Shown: piece after piece, positions 1-15,966 of the stretch | Layout of the letters: each line of letters starts with the position of its first letter | Position numbering within the stretch: position 1 is the first letter of the stretch | Source of the DNA: the human T2T-CHM13v2.0 reference genome, Homo sapiens | NCBI RefSeq assembly: GCF_009914755.1 | Contig: NC_060937.1 | Direction: 5' to 3' (one strand) | Length of the DNA stretch: 64,000 bases | Made by a program: the position numbers and the translations under genes | The notes under the pieces: generated by a model | Told to the model about the DNA's origin: nothing | What the model saw: the letters and a program-made list of their open reading frames with translations, nothing else | Databases searched by the model: none

Positions 1-64
1 TATTGCTGTGAAAAAGAGCTGGGAAAATGTCCTGCCGCTTTAATTTACAAAGCATGCCATGCTC

Positions 65-78
65 CTGCCACCTAGTGG
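65..78 (-). promoter_or_regulatory. CTCF core motif (CCACTAGGTGGCAG on - strand)
   Basis: + strand ctgccacctagtgg matches the CTCF core consensus CCASYAGRKGGCRS. Confidence 0.55.
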
Positions 79-1994
79 TAAGCTTTAAGAGCAGTGGTTT
101 GTTGAACAAGTACTTAAGCTTGTGACCTGTTTTAAGTTACAGGTTGCATTTACTTGTTGACAGTGCTGTCTGTTGCCTTATGGAGGTGTTGCCTAGGAGT
201 CTGGAGCATTCATGCTGCTTCTCCTACCAGCTCACAAGGAGAAACCCCCTCTTTAGTGAGTGGAAACTCAGGCAGCAGAGTCAGTGGTTCAGGTAGTGCT
301 AAATATGCCATGGAAAAAACTCTTAAATGATGACAACCAATTGGACCCCTCTCCAGGGAGCTATGGTAAGCTGCAGTCTCTTGGCACATGTTTCTAGTTG
401 AGTTGGGACCCTGGCTCTATTATTAAAAGATCCCTGGCAACCGGGGCAAACTGTTGAACTTCTCCTGCCGTGGGTCTTCTCAAGGGTAGGATATGGAGTA
501 ACTTCATCTGCCCCTGGGGATGGTAAGAGCCAGTGAAATTATGGATGTCAAACACTTAGCCCGCCCTTTGACACTGACTGCCCACTGTGTGGTTATCACT
601 GTTTAGATGATTTTTCCATCCTAGATTGACATGGCTTTTTAAGACAGGGACGTTAAGGTCGGTTCTTTCCAGAACTCTTTTTCAATATAACACTGTTACA
701 GTCTTACAGGGGATGGAGAAGTTCTTCAAACAGTTAGTTTGACATCATGCTACTTAAAAAAAAAGCATAAGAGTTAAGTTCCTGCATAATCCAACATTTA
801 TATTTTCATGAAACCATGTCCCCAACCAAATTTGTTGAACACATGTCAGATACAAGAGACCAGTTAGGTATGACTCTATAGGGAATGTGGTGATGCCAAT
901 GAAGTTGTACCTGTGCCCAGATACACTTAAAACATAGGAGAACTTGATGGATTCAATTCCATAAAAGTGGTAAAAGCAAAATGCTATGGGTTTCAGAGGA
1001 CTTGCAGTTCTCACCCATGTACCAAATCAAGGAAGGCTTCATAAGGGTGACTGAATCTGATTTGAAGAAGGAGGATTTCTACAGATGGTTATGGAGAGGA
1101 CAGGGGCATTTCAGTGAGGTGTAGAGTAGGTTGGGCATGTGTGCAGAGATATTCTGTGATTGGAGAGAACAGGAAGTAATGTAATTTGGTTTGATATAGA
1201 GGAATAATCCAAGTTAAGATGGAATCATTAAGCAGAAGTCAAACAGTGCATAAGGAATTGTCATGTACCTCACCACTCAACACCTGCTATGTGAACAGAA
1301 GGGGTTGAAACAAAAAGAAGCTGTCTGTACTCTCATGGGTTCAGAGCCTAGCTGGTGAGAGGAATGTGTGCAGGTCATTATGATGTAGTGGTAAGGGCTC
1401 CTCATGAGAATGCAGTAAGTGCCGCAGGAGCCCCAAAGGCGGCAGAATGAAGAACTCTGGCTGGAAAGTGGCAGAATTGGGGAGGGACAGTGGAGTGGGG
1501 TCTTTAGTGCCCCGGGCGGCGGTTGCAGAAGGGCACTGGACTTCCAGGCTGGCGGGAAGAGTGTAGAACAGGAGGCAGATGCCCACATCTGAGCTCAGCT
1601 CTGCTGCTTACCAGTTCTCGACCTTTGCTAAACCTCATTTTCCTTGCCTGTAAACTGTGGGTGATAAGTGTCCCGACCACATAGGATCGTTGTGCAGATT
1701 AGCTGAGGTGATGTGTGGACTTAACATGGGGCTTTGTATATAAGTTTCTAGCAAAGTGATGCATCTATTGTGCTCAGGGAGCTGCAGACGGCTTGCAGAA
1801 CTTCTGTACAGGGTGGCTGGGTGGAGAGGAGGGAGATCAGGTTAAGCAGTTAGGTCTGGACATCATTAGGAAGGGCCTCGCTTACAGCTGTGAATTTGGA
1901 CTTTACTCTGTAAGTGGTGGAAAGTCAGTGACATTGTCAGGGCAGGGACTCAGAGGGACATTCCGTGGCTGGGGTTGATCAGACCAGCTCTGTA

Positions 1995-3078
1995 GAGAGG
2001 TCTAATTTGCATAACATCAACTCACCGGTTGTAGGTATGCAGTTTGATGATTTTTGGGAAATGTAGTGTGTGCAGCCACTACCACCGTCCAGCTAAAGAA
2101 CACTTGGCTCCCCCCAGAAGGCTTCCCCACGCCTTTTACCAATCCCTGTTCCCACCCAAGACTAGGCCACAGCTGATGGGCTTTGTGTCTACACCTTTTA
2201 TTAAGCGAACAATTCAGTGATTTTTATATGTTTATGGAGCTCTGCAGCCATCACCACAGACTAATTTTAGCACGTTTTCACCACCCCAGAAAGAAGCCTC
2301 GCGCCATTTGCAGTCACTTTCTGTTCCTAGCCCCAGCCTCAGAGCTATTTTTTGTGTCTATTATTTTACTTTTCTGGACATTTCATAGAAATGGAATCCT
2401 GTAATACGTGGTCTTTTGTGACTGGCTTCTTTCACTGAGCAAAACCTTGTTTTCAAGGTTTGTCCATAGAGCATGATCAGTGCTTCCTTCCTTGTTAAGG
2501 CTGCGTAATATTTCAGTGCATGGCTATCTATACCGCACTTTGTTATCTGTTCATCTGTTGATGGAGATGGGTTGTTTCTGCCTTTTTGCTATTATGAGTA
2601 ATGCTGCTATGAATACTTACATACAAGTCCTTGGGTGGAAATATGCTTCCTTTCTCTTGGGTGGATACCTAGGGGTGGAATTGCTAGGTCTTGTGACATT
2701 TCTATGTTTAATTATTCGAGGAGCTGCCAAGCTGCTTTCCAAAATGGCTGTACCATTTTAGATTCTCACCAGCATTGTATAAGGGTTCCAATTTCTCCTC
2801 ATCCTTGCCAGGACTTGGTATTGTCAGTATTCTGGACTCTAGCTATTCCAGCGGGTGTAGAGTGGTATTTCATTTTGGCTTTAATTAGTATTTCCCTAAT
2901 GACTAATGATGTTGAACGTCGTTTCATGTGGTTATTAGCCATTCAAGTGATCTGATTTAGTGAAGTGCCGATTCAGATCTTTTGCTCATCATTTCATTGC
3001 ATTCTTTGTCATCCTTTTATTGAGCAGTTAAGGTTTCTTTATATTTCCTGGCCACCTGTCCTTTATCAGATAATATGA
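1995..3078 (-). mobile_element. Old L1 (L1M) 3' region; resumes at about 3545-4190 after the MLT2 and Alu insertions
   Basis: Typical antisense L1M text (ggaattgctagg...ttccaaaatggctgtaccatttta...tttccctaatgactaatgatgttgaac). Confidence 0.8.
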
Positions 3079-3545
3079 TTATTCAGGGTTCTCCAGAGGA
3101 CGAGAACCAATAGGATACATATGAAAATCGGCTGGTGTGATTAAGGCCAAGTACCAAGATCTGCCATCTGCAGCCTGGAGAACCAGGAAGCCAGATGTGT
3201 AGTTCAGCGTGAGCCTGGAAGCCTGAGGACAAGGTGATGGGGTGGAGTGCTGGTGTAAGTCATGGAGTCCGAAGGCCCAAGAACCAGGAGCTTCAGTGTT
3301 CCTGGGCAGGAGAAGGTGGATGTCTGCCAGGAGAGGAGGGGAATCCTGGACTTTTGTCCTATTTGACACCTCAAGGGATTGCAGATGCCTGCCCACATCC
3401 TTGAGGGCAAGTCTTCTTTACTTTACTGATTACTGATTCCAATGCCAGTCTTTTCTGGAAACACCCTCACAAACGCACCCAGAAATAATGCTTTATCAGC
3501 CTTCTGGGGATTCTTTCACCCAATCAAGTTGACACATCAAATTAA
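3079..3545 (-). mobile_element. MLT2-type ERVL solo LTR
   Basis: Ends cagggttctccagag...agaaccaataggata and caatcaagttgacacatcaaattaa match MLT2 termini. Confidence 0.7.
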
Positions 3546-3600
3546 TAGGAATTACAAATATTTTCTCACAGTCTGGCTTGTCTTTTAAATTTTTTAATAT

Positions 3601-3900
3601 TTTTCTTTTTTGAGACAGGGTCTCACTCTCTTGCCCAGGCTGGAGTACAATGGTGCAATCACAGCTTACTGCAGCCTCAACCTCCCAAGGTCAAGCAATC
3701 CTCCTGCCTCAGCACCACCCCCACCCAGTAGCTGGGACTACAGACACACAGCACCACACCTGGTTACTTTTTGTATTTTTTGTAGAGGTGGGGTTTTGCC
3801 ATGCTCCCCAGGCTGGTCTCGAGCTCCTGAGCTCAAGTGGTCTGCCTGCCTCGGCCTCCCGGAGTGCTGAGATTACAGGCATGAGCCACCACTCTCAGCC
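3601..3900 (-). mobile_element. Alu (AluJ-like)
   Basis: Antisense dimeric Alu with poly-T start. Confidence 0.9.
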
Positions 3901-4936
3901 CAGTTTTATAATATTTTTTAAAGAGTCAAAATTCTTAGTTTTGATGAAAATACAGTTACCAAATTTTTGTAGTTTTCTGTAGATCTGAGAACTCTAAGAT
4001 TACAAAGATTTTCTTCTGTGTTATTTTCTGGAAGTTTTATCATTTTAGCTCTTACATTTAGGTATATGCCCCATGTTTAGTTGTTTTTGTGTGTAATATG
4101 AAGGTTCATTTTTTAATATATGAACATCTGTTTATCCAGCCTCCATTTATTCAGCCGCCTATGGTTTTTGTACTGCAGAGAATGTAAGTTTCCATATTCC
4201 TCTGGGTTCTCATTCATTTTTTTTCTGACAAAAACATTACAGAATTTGAATCACAAAAATTAGAGTTAGAAAGATAATTTTTAAATATAATATTATGTGT
4301 GCTTTCAAAAAATGTTTTTCTAATGAATTGAACATGTTGTTGCAGGGACATTTGCCCTGATATGACAGTTAGTGTTTTATGATATTTCCTAAATAGTATG
4401 CTTGGGGTAGACATGCAACAGATATCTTCTCTTACAGAGGGCTTTTTAATGTGATCTGAAGAGAATTAATGTGCCTTCTATGAGTCATCTTTGTGCTAGT
4501 TTATGTTCAGTTTCTCCTAGAATGTTTTTAGCTTGTTTTTGTTTCTTTTCCTTTTGCTGGAGAAAAATGTGAAAAAGGATCTATTCCAGAAATACTAAAT
4601 CATAGAAATTCACATCATGAGTCTAAATGTGAAAGTAGCTTTTTACTTTAACAATGGAATCATTTTCTAAGTCAGTTTAAAAAAAAAAGTTTCCATTTGC
4701 TCTGAAAAGGTTTATGCTCATTATTACCTAATTCTTTTTCAACGGAAAGTTTCAAAGTATTTCTGAAAGGGTGCTCAACATTTGAGTCAGGCATTTCAGT
4801 ACAGACTAGTTAAACCGGCAAATTATGTACTTGTGAAGTTCTAGCCAGAGTGAGGACCCCCTGGGATGCAAGCCAAAGCTGCGGAATCCCGAGTCTCCTC
4901 CAGCACTGCTGACAGGCTACAGAACTTTATACACTT

Positions 4937-4938
<2 letters not shown>

Positions 4939-4978
<40 letters not shown>
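4939..4978. repeat. (AC)20 microsatellite
   Basis: Perfect dinucleotide run. Confidence 0.98.
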
Positions 4979-4980
<2 letters not shown>

Positions 4981-6310
4981 ATAAGATTATTTCTACAAAT
5001 GCAGAATCTAAATAAAATTATCGTATACCTGTAGTTTTGAACTTTCCAGTGGCTCATTTCTAGAATAGTTTCTCTAGTGAGATACCATTAAATAGGATTT
5101 TCTCATTAAAAATAAGGGGGGAGGTAGATGGAATCATACCCCTATACCTGCACAAGAGACTAAATGCCAACTCTTATAGAAATTACCACAGTAACCATTT
5201 GTAATCAACTTGTCATGATGTACTGCATCTTATTAATGCTATGCATGTTAAGCTTCCTGAAGTTTAAGAAATGATAGGAAGCAATATCATAATATATTCT
5301 TCAGTGTTTTCTTATTTTATCTTAATTAGCACCTCATTTTAATTTGTGGATAGGAGGGCATAATTAGACCTTAGTGAAGTACTAAATACAGAAAGGTACA
5401 CTTCCATATTCTTCAGAGGGGGAATTTTAGCTTGATGACTAAGAAACTGATTTCAGTATACGTTTTTCTCCTCTTCTATATTTCTCTTCTTGAACTTCTC
5501 TATAACAATTAAGATCAAAGGCCACCCAGGGTGGAATTGCTTTCAACCCGGCTTGGTGACACCGATTGATTTGGCTGTGTCTGCCATGATGGTGATGATT
5601 AGAAGGAATGCCGTACGTTTTGTTGGTGGGGGCCAGAGTACACATTGCCAGAAGTCACTATATAAATAACATTACCTGTTTCTTCTACTTCTGACAGTCT
5701 GGGGACAAAACCACCACTTGCAGTGCTCTGGGGCAGACTTCAGGGAGTCAACTGGTGCAGGAATAGAGAGAGGGGCCCTGTGGATTGGAGAGGATATAGC
5801 ACTCACAGCTGCTTGCTGCCCTGCACTGATCTAGTAACTTTCTAGGATACCAGGATCCATATGGCTGCCAGCCAGCCATTCCCAATTTGAGTGGTCAGGA
5901 AGCTGGATGGTGTAAGGTAGTTGGGCCTTGTTCTGCTGAGTTCTGTCCTAGTTTTATTGCTAACTAGCAGTATGTTCTTAAGAAAGACACTTGACCTACT
6001 TAAGCCTCAACTTCTTAAAAAATTGGGATTATAGTACTGCCTGAATTAAATGAAATAATGCATGTATGGTACTTACCACAGTGCCTTGGAACATGGTAAA
6101 TCGGGTTAATAGTAGCTTTTATAACAGAAATCATTGTTATGATTGAAATTATTTCCTTTGGTCAAACATTTCAGTACAGACCAGTTAAACTTTGCAAATT
6201 ATGTACTTCTAAGTTATAGCCGGAGCAAAGACCTCGCCCTGAGTTACAAACCAAAGCTACAGATTCCTGAACCTCACCCAAAGCTACTGAATTAGAGTCC
6301 CTGAGGTTTA

Positions 6311-6818
<508 letters not shown>

Positions 6819-7404
6819 GAATTTGGTCTAAAATATGTTGAGCAGTGTAAGTCTAGCAATTGCTCCATCCACTACTGAGAACTAGAATTTTTACCAACTC
6901 ATTTGGGATTTTAAAAAAGTAACTGTTTCTTGAAAATAAGAATATAAATAATAACAGCTCAAATTGATATGCCTTTTCAGTGGATGAAGTTCCATCATGC
7001 AACACTGTTGCATTCAGTTTTCACAGCCACTTGTGACATAGGTGATTTTTGTATTTGCTTTAACAGATGAGTAAACTGAGGCTTGGAAAAGTTCAAGGAC
7101 TGTCACATAAGTAGTGAGGGGTGGGGTCGGGCCTGCAGCTGGGTTTCCAAATGGGGAAGGAGGCCTAGAATCAGCATCTGCTTTGGGATGTGGCTTGCAG
7201 ACATGCTCACCATTTATTAGCCTCCTCATCTCTTGAGGAATCACTTAATCTTTCTTATCTGTAAAGTAGAATTAAATGCATCTACTTCAGAGAGTTTTTA
7301 AATTAAATGACATAAATGATATCTTCAACAACAACAAAAAACACAGCCCCATTTAAAAAATGGGCAGAGGACTTGAATAGACATTTCTCTAAAGAAGATA
7401 TGCA

Positions 7405-7663
7405 GGTGAGCGGGTGGATCACCTGAGGTCAAGAGTTTGAGACCAGCCTGGACAACATGGTGAAACCTTGTCTCTACTAAAAATATAAAAAAAAATTAGC
7501 TGGGCGTGGTGGCACGCACCTGTAGTCCCAGCTACTCGGGGAGGCTGAGGCAGGAGAATCACTTGAACCCAGGCGGCGGAGGTTGCAGTGAGCCAATATT
7601 GCGCCACTGCACTCCAGCCTGGGTGACAGAGGGAGACTCCATCTCAAAAAAAAAAAAAAAAAA
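7405..7663 (+). mobile_element. Alu (AluS-like, 5'-truncated)
   Basis: Alu body plus A tail; TSD aagatatgca. Confidence 0.9.
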
Positions 7664-8126
7664 AGATATGCAAATGATAAAGTATATGAAAACATCTTCA
7701 GTGTCACTAATCATTAGGGAAATGCAAATTAAAACCATGGTGAGATACTACTTCACACCCATTAGAATGGCTACTATAAAAAAAATAACAAGTGTTCACA
7801 AAGATAGGGAGACATTGGAACCCTTGTGCATTGCTGGTGGGAAAATAAAATGATGGTACGGCTGCTGTGAAAAACAGTGTGCTGATTCCTCCAAAGTTAA
7901 ACATAGAATTACTGTATGATCCAGCAATTCCGTTTCTGGGTATATGTCCAAAAGAATTGAAAACAGGACTCAAACAGGTATTTAGACACCCATGTTCATA
8001 GCAGCACTATTCATAAGAGGCAAAAGAAGGAAACAACCCAAGTGTCTGTTGATGGACAAATGGATAAAAAGTATAGTGTGTACATATACTGCGGAATATT
8101 ATTTATGCCTTAACAAACATGCTGCA

Positions 8127-8471
<345 letters not shown>

Positions 8472-8732
8472 CTAAGTGAAATCAGCCAGTTACAAAAGAA
8501 TAAATACTGTATGATTCCACTCACATGAGATCCGTAGAGTAGTCAAATTCATAGAGACAGAAAGTAGAGTAGTCATTGCCAGGGGCTGTGGGGGAAGAGA
8601 GTATTTAATGGGTTCAGAGATACATTTGGGAGAGATGAAAAAGTTCTGAAGATGGATGGTGGTGATAATTACATAACAGTGTGAATGTACTTAATCCCAC
8701 TGACTCATACACCTAAAAATAATTAAAATGGA

Positions 8733-8862
8733 GGTGGGTGCAGTGGCACATACCTGTAATCTCAAGCTACTCAGGAAGCCAAGATGGGAAGATCACTTGA
8801 GGCCAAGAGTCTGAGACCAGCCTGGGCAACATAACCAGACCCCATCTTATAAATTTTAAAAA
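8733..8862 (+). mobile_element. Alu left monomer (FLAM-like)
   Basis: Single Alu arm. Confidence 0.8.
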
Positions 8863-8879
8863 GTAGTCAAAGTAGTAGA

Positions 8880-9065
8880 CATTATATATGTATATATAAA
8901 ATATATCACATATATTATATAATATATATCATATATAATATATAAACATACATGTTTAAATATGCAATATATAAACATACATGTTTAAATATGCAATATA
9001 TAAACATACATGTTTAAATATGTAATATATAAACATGTATAATATATATATATAAATATATATAT
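8880..9065. repeat. AT-rich low-complexity tract containing 3+ copies of a 29-bp unit (8937-9036)
   Basis: Unit aatatataaacatacatgtttaaatatgc. Confidence 0.9.
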
Positions 9066-9181
9066 TTTACCACACACACAAAATTAAGTGATGTGCTGTA
9101 GGTTAAGGGCATGTTTCAAATGCTGGTATCATGGTTGATAAATTTGCATTCCACTTTCCAGCCCAAACCAGTTCTTCTTGA

Positions 9182-9632
<451 letters not shown>

Positions 9633-10418
9633 TGACACAGGAAAGAAAGCCACCTTGGACTCCAGGGTGACTCCAGGGCCAGAGCGGTGCCATGTTTAGT
9701 AGGTCAGTGCCACAGGTAGGGGACAGGCGGCTGAAGTCTTGCATACAGTTTGTGACCAGGCAAAGGATTACAGCCTCACTCCTTAATGTATATGTTTTTC
9801 ACGTTTACTCACAGTGAGAATACCTTGTACATTTGGCTTTGTACTTTTACTCTTTGTGATATAAATTTTTCATCTGTAATTCTTTAACTGCCAAGTTTTG
9901 AGTTAAACCTACTGGAAATATTTGGCAGCAGAACACATTAGATTCTTGTATTCCTCAGTGAAAATAAAAAAGAAGCACTACGGGTGCTCCTTGCGATCTT
10001 GCCTTTCCTTTGTGATGGCTCCTGTGCGGGCAGTCCATGTGGCCCGAGTGTCTGTGGTGCACAGCACATCAGAGGTGGATGTTTACCTGCTCAGGGAGGC
10101 CCTGGACCTTTAGGAGTTTAAAGCAGGTGTGATACAATCATGTGTAATTAATAAAAGTATAGAAGCTTATTGTTGGCAAGGACCCATTACCTTGTTCCTC
10201 ATGTATCTGAGACTAAGTAAAACACTTTCAGAATAGGATTGTTGATCATGGGGGAAGGGAAATTGCAATTATTTTGTTTGTAGAATGGCGTAGGATTTCA
10301 GGAGATGATGGAGGAAATAGGGACGGGATGGCTGACTTCCTTATCTGAAACGTGGTCACTGATTTTGAAATACTTAGTGGTCCTCTATCACTAATTTCAA
10401 AAGTTGAAAGTAAGTTTA

Positions 10419-10850
<432 letters not shown>

Positions 10851-11094
10851 TTAAGTTCTCCTCAATCAATAAGTTTAATTTCCAAAGAGGAAAGTAAGTT
10901 CATTTTTATAAAATCATGTTTTTTCACTCATTGAAAATAATAAGTTTGAAAGTAGACCTCTATATTCTTTAGCATGTGTTTCAGAGATGAAACATGTTTT
11001 AAGATGTGGTCATTATGTGCATTTATTTCATAATATGATGGCTTTAAACTGTCTCTTTACTCTTAATTAGTCCAGGCATAAAATTGCAACCTAC

Positions 11095-11345
11095 GACCGG
11101 GTGTGGTGGCTCACGCCTGTAATCTCAGCACTTTGGGAGTCTGAAGCAGGTGGATCCCTTGAGCTCAGGAGCTCAAGACCAGCCTGGCCAACATGGCAAA
11201 ACCCTGTCCCTGCTAAAAATACAAAAATTAGCCAAGCAGAAGGATCACTTGAACCCTGAAGGTTGAGGCTGCAATGAGCCGTGATTGCGCCACTGCACTG
11301 CAGCCTGATGACAGAGTGAGAACCTGTCTTTAAAAAAAAAAAAAA
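11095..11345 (+). mobile_element. Alu with right-arm internal deletion
   Basis: Alu body; TSD aaaatt(g/a)caacctac. Confidence 0.88.
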
Positions 11346-12841
11346 TTACAACCTACCAATTTTGTTTTCTCTACCTGGATGTCAATCTCAGTGTCGTGTT
11401 ACTATTGATTTTGAGATGGCAGGATGGTCTGGATGTTTTTCTTGAGCCTAGAAAACGGAACCCCCTTGAACAATTATCATGAAGGCTAAGGGGGAAAAAC
11501 CTATTAGCCTGGGAGTGTTGGTTTTGGGGTCACGGTGGTGACACGTGTCTATGATGTGAGGGAGGCAGGTGAGGTGAGGGGCACAGGACATGGTCACGGG
11601 CTGGGATGGAGTTTGTCACCGTCATGCGGAGTTCATTCCTTTTTTTAAACTGAAGAAGAGCTCAGCTACACTGATTTCTCCATCTTGTATTCTAAGACTT
11701 CACTAGTGATTACATTTTTCTGAAGTACTAGTGTTTTTATGCTCATGGAACTGGGCTAATAGTATTAAAGTAAGTGTTCTCCATGAACTTCAGTATATTT
11801 GCATTTTTAAATGAACTACCATATCAGTCTATAAAACAGGTTACATACAAGGCCATAGGGTCACCAGCTGTGTTTTTCGCATCTTTTATCATCCACGTAA
11901 CACATTCAAGGACAATTGTATCTAATATCACCACCATGCTCCTCTCCTACTTCAAGGGAGATAAACATTCATTGTTTTAAAATGTTTAACAAATGACCAA
12001 ACTGCTTCCTGAATCCAAGGGACAAGGCCACAGTTTTCTGGGTTATGATAGTTGCTTCTTTTTTTGTTTTTTGGAGACTCTTTAAAAATGATGTCACGAT
12101 TACTGACATGCATGTCACCCCATTCCGTAGTAATTAGAAAAGGTTAGCTTAGTCACTTGTGCTTCATTTGCTGTCAGAATTCCACCAACCACTGAAGATT
12201 CTTACAGGTTAAAACCTAAGATCCTAGTAAAAAATGCAGCACATTTGTAAGAGTGTAGCCCAGAGTTATTATTTATTTTTACCTACAAGCCATAGAAAGA
12301 GTAACCCAGTAAATGATGTTTCTACTTCCAGTATTGTGCCTGGTCTGTTTCTGGCCCAGGCCCTGTCCTAAGAGCCAGGCCTGAGAAAAGAAGGGACAAC
12401 TTAATGACCCTGTCTGCCCCTTCCCAAGATGGTCCCTAAAGTAGCAGAAACTGTGAGGGGTGCAGCAGAGCCATCTTGAACAGGCGCATTTGTGAGACGG
12501 CATTACTCAGCGAAACGCAGAGTGTTTTGCCATTTACTTAGTTTTGAACTGGGTCAGAGGCCATCCCTCCTGTCCTCCACTTTGCATGGGTAACGGGCTT
12601 TTATAGGAGCCCCTCCCCTCACAGTGGTTGTTCCTCAGCTTGCCTAAGTGATGCACGGAGTGATGCCTGGACAAGTGGAAAGAGCCAGGGAGTGGAGGAC
12701 CAGGAAGCCCACCTGGTGGTTGGCCCCGTTTATGGGGCACCTCCCCGCGTGCCGGGATAATTCACCTCCCTTGCAACACACACACCCCATTGAGGGCTAT
12801 GAAAGCAAAAGGCAGCTTTAGACAGAAAGATTATTCCACCA

Positions 12842-13145
12842 GGCCAGGCATGGCAGCTCACTCCTGTAATCCCAGCACTTTGAGAGGCCGAGGCGGGAGG
12901 ATTGCCTGAGCCCAGGAGTTTGAGACTAGCCTGAGCAACATAGTGAGACCCCTATCTCTACAGAAAATTTAAAAATTAGCTGGACCTGATGGTGCATGCC
13001 TGTAGTCTCAGCTACTCAGGAAGCCAAGGTGGGAGGGTCACTTGAGCCTGGGAGTTCAAGGCTGCAGTGAGCACAGATCGCGCTACTTACTTCAATCTGA
13101 ATGACAGAGTGAGACTGTCTCAAAAAAAAAAATGAAAAAAGAAAA
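12842..13145 (+). mobile_element. Alu (AluJ-like)
   Basis: Full dimer; TSD agaaagattattccacc. Confidence 0.92.
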
Positions 13146-14988
13146 GAAAGATTATTCCACCTAATTGTTGTAAAAATTAAGGATAAGAAACCAAATATGA
13201 ATTTACTCCATGAAACAAAATCGACTCTTGGTTCCATAGACGGCCAGTTAGGGGAAGAGGGCCTAGGCAAGGAGAGAGAGAGGAAGAGAACATTGGAGAG
13301 AGGTGAAGGTGAGGGCTGTGGGAGGAACCAACACAGAAGAGTCCAAGCCGGATGCATGCGCATGACTATGTCTACACACACATGGATGAATGGAGAAATA
13401 GCCCAGAGAAATACATAGAGCAGAAGCCAGCAGTGCAGACTGCGTGTGTGATAAGCTCATGGAGGCTTTTTGGGGAGCAGTATCAATTGCTGCCAAGGGT
13501 TTTTGCTATAACCTATAAAGCCATTTTGCATCTTTCTTACCTACTGCTATAAATGGAGGGGTCATGTCTAGTGCTGGCCTTCCAAAGATGAAATTAAAGT
13601 GTCTTAACTATCTCGCTTGCTCTTATCTTTCAGTAAATCCATTGTCTTCTCATCGTAAAATGGGGGTAATTACGTCTTCTTTGCTTCTTTGAAAATATAA
13701 TTATAGTTAGATGGGAAAGCAATTTGAAAATCTAAGATTTGTAAGTGAATGTAACATGTTATTCCTTTGGCGTTAAAAATACCACCCCCTCCCACAAGAA
13801 AAAATGTCATTAAGGCTCAAACTTATCTCTTTCTGCATATGTAAATATTTCCTTGTTCCTGCTTTCAACTCCTCAAAATATGGTCATTCATCTGGGATCC
13901 TATGCGTTCCCCTCACCCACTTAAAATCCTAGGACAGATAGTTGTAACACATAAAAACAGGCCTATGCAGGGTATTTTTGGTTATGACACATTAATTTTC
14001 ATTTAAGGGACATTGGGTAATGAGATATAGTTCTGGGATAGTGAGATGCTACTTTTTTGACTTCTTAAGTTGTAAGGCCTAAAATTTCATTTTTTAAGAA
14101 TTGAAGCACAAGACTGATACCCTAGGATACTGTTAAGTGTTGTTATCTAACCCGGGAGTTTTAGATATTTGTGATATTGTCTGATTACAGACCTTTTTCA
14201 CATTATACAACGGGTTTTTCTGATGTCTTGAAATATATTCACGTCACTCATCCATACTTCAGAATCAATACCTCACACTCATCCTCTTAATTGATATGTG
14301 ACATATGTTACTACGTTACGGCTCTTTTAAATCATCTTACTTTACAGTCCTCTCTCATTTTCTTTTATGCATGTGAACATATGATTCTGGGGTCTGTAGG
14401 TTTTACCAGATTGCCCAGGGCACAGGTTACCAGAGCCTCTGATAACTGTCATTCCCTGTCCCCTCCCTCCAGCAGTTCTACATCTAAGGGAAGGAACATC
14501 TGCAAAGTTCTGTTTTCCTTCTGTAAAAGTACATGCTAAGTATGCAGGCTTTCCAGAGGAGAGGCAGAGGTTTTGAAGCCAGACAGACTGGGTTGTGAAA
14601 TAGGCCCTTCCCTTTTCTGGCTCTATTAACGTGAGCAAATCATTTCATTTATTTTAGCCCTGGTGTCTTAATCAGTAAAATTCTGTGAAGAGTACCTGTC
14701 TCACAGGGTGGCTGTGAAGATTAAGCAAGGTAAAATGTGCCTGGCATAGGTCTGGCACCTCGTAGGCATTCAAAAATTGCAGTTTTCATTGCAGTCCTCT
14801 GTGGCATCAACTGCCAAGGTGTATTCCTTCTCACCTTGACCCCTGTATGTGAATTCTTTTGGTAGCCAGGATGTTGGTACCCTAGGAGAAAACTGGGGGG
14901 TTAGCTTATTGTATTTATATACATCTTCAAAAAACTTTTGGTATGCTCAGAGTCCCTATGCTTTAATTTTCTTCTGAATTACCTTGCT

Positions 14989-15395
14989 GTATGAGTTTCC
15001 CAGGGTTGCTGTAACAAATCACCACAAACTAGGTGGCTTAAAACAGTGGACATCTGTTCTCTCACCATTCTGGAGGCCAGAAGTTTGAGATCAAAGTGTT
15101 GCCAAGTCCACAATCACTCCAAGGTGCGAAGGGGGCTTCTTAGCCTCTTCCAGCTTGCAGTGGCAACTGGCCTTCCTTGGTGCCCTTGGCCTGTGGATGC
15201 ATCACTCCAGTCTCTGCCTCTGTCCTCCCATGACTTCCTCCCTTTCGTGTTTGTCTGTGTCCAAATTTCCCTCTGCATCATAAGGACACCAGCCACTGGA
15301 TTACGGCCCACCTAACCCAGGTTGACCTCATTTTAACTTTATTATATCTGCAAAGATCTAATCTCTAAATAAAATCTCACAGGTACTGGGACACT
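14989..15395 (-). mobile_element. MLT1-type MaLR solo LTR
   Basis: gttgctgtaacaaatcaccacaaactaggtggcttaaaacag...ttctggaggccagaagt is the MLT1 antisense end. Confidence 0.8.
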
Positions 15396-15649
15396 TGCTA
15401 TTTGACTATACTTCCTTTAGGTTAGGCCTCTGAATGGATATAAGAGAAATCAAGTTATTTTGTCTGAATCTTTCATTTTTCCTCTGGTTAATAGTTTGCT
15501 TTCACTGTGGTTTCAGAAAACATTTTAAAATGTCTCACTGGAGGTAACATAGCCTATATTGGCTTTTTACTTTTGCAGAGTAAAATATGAAATCTTATAG
15601 GAAGAAAACATTTAATACTAAGCAAAGCACTTTAAAATGTATGCGGAGT

Positions 15650-15966
<317 letters not shown>

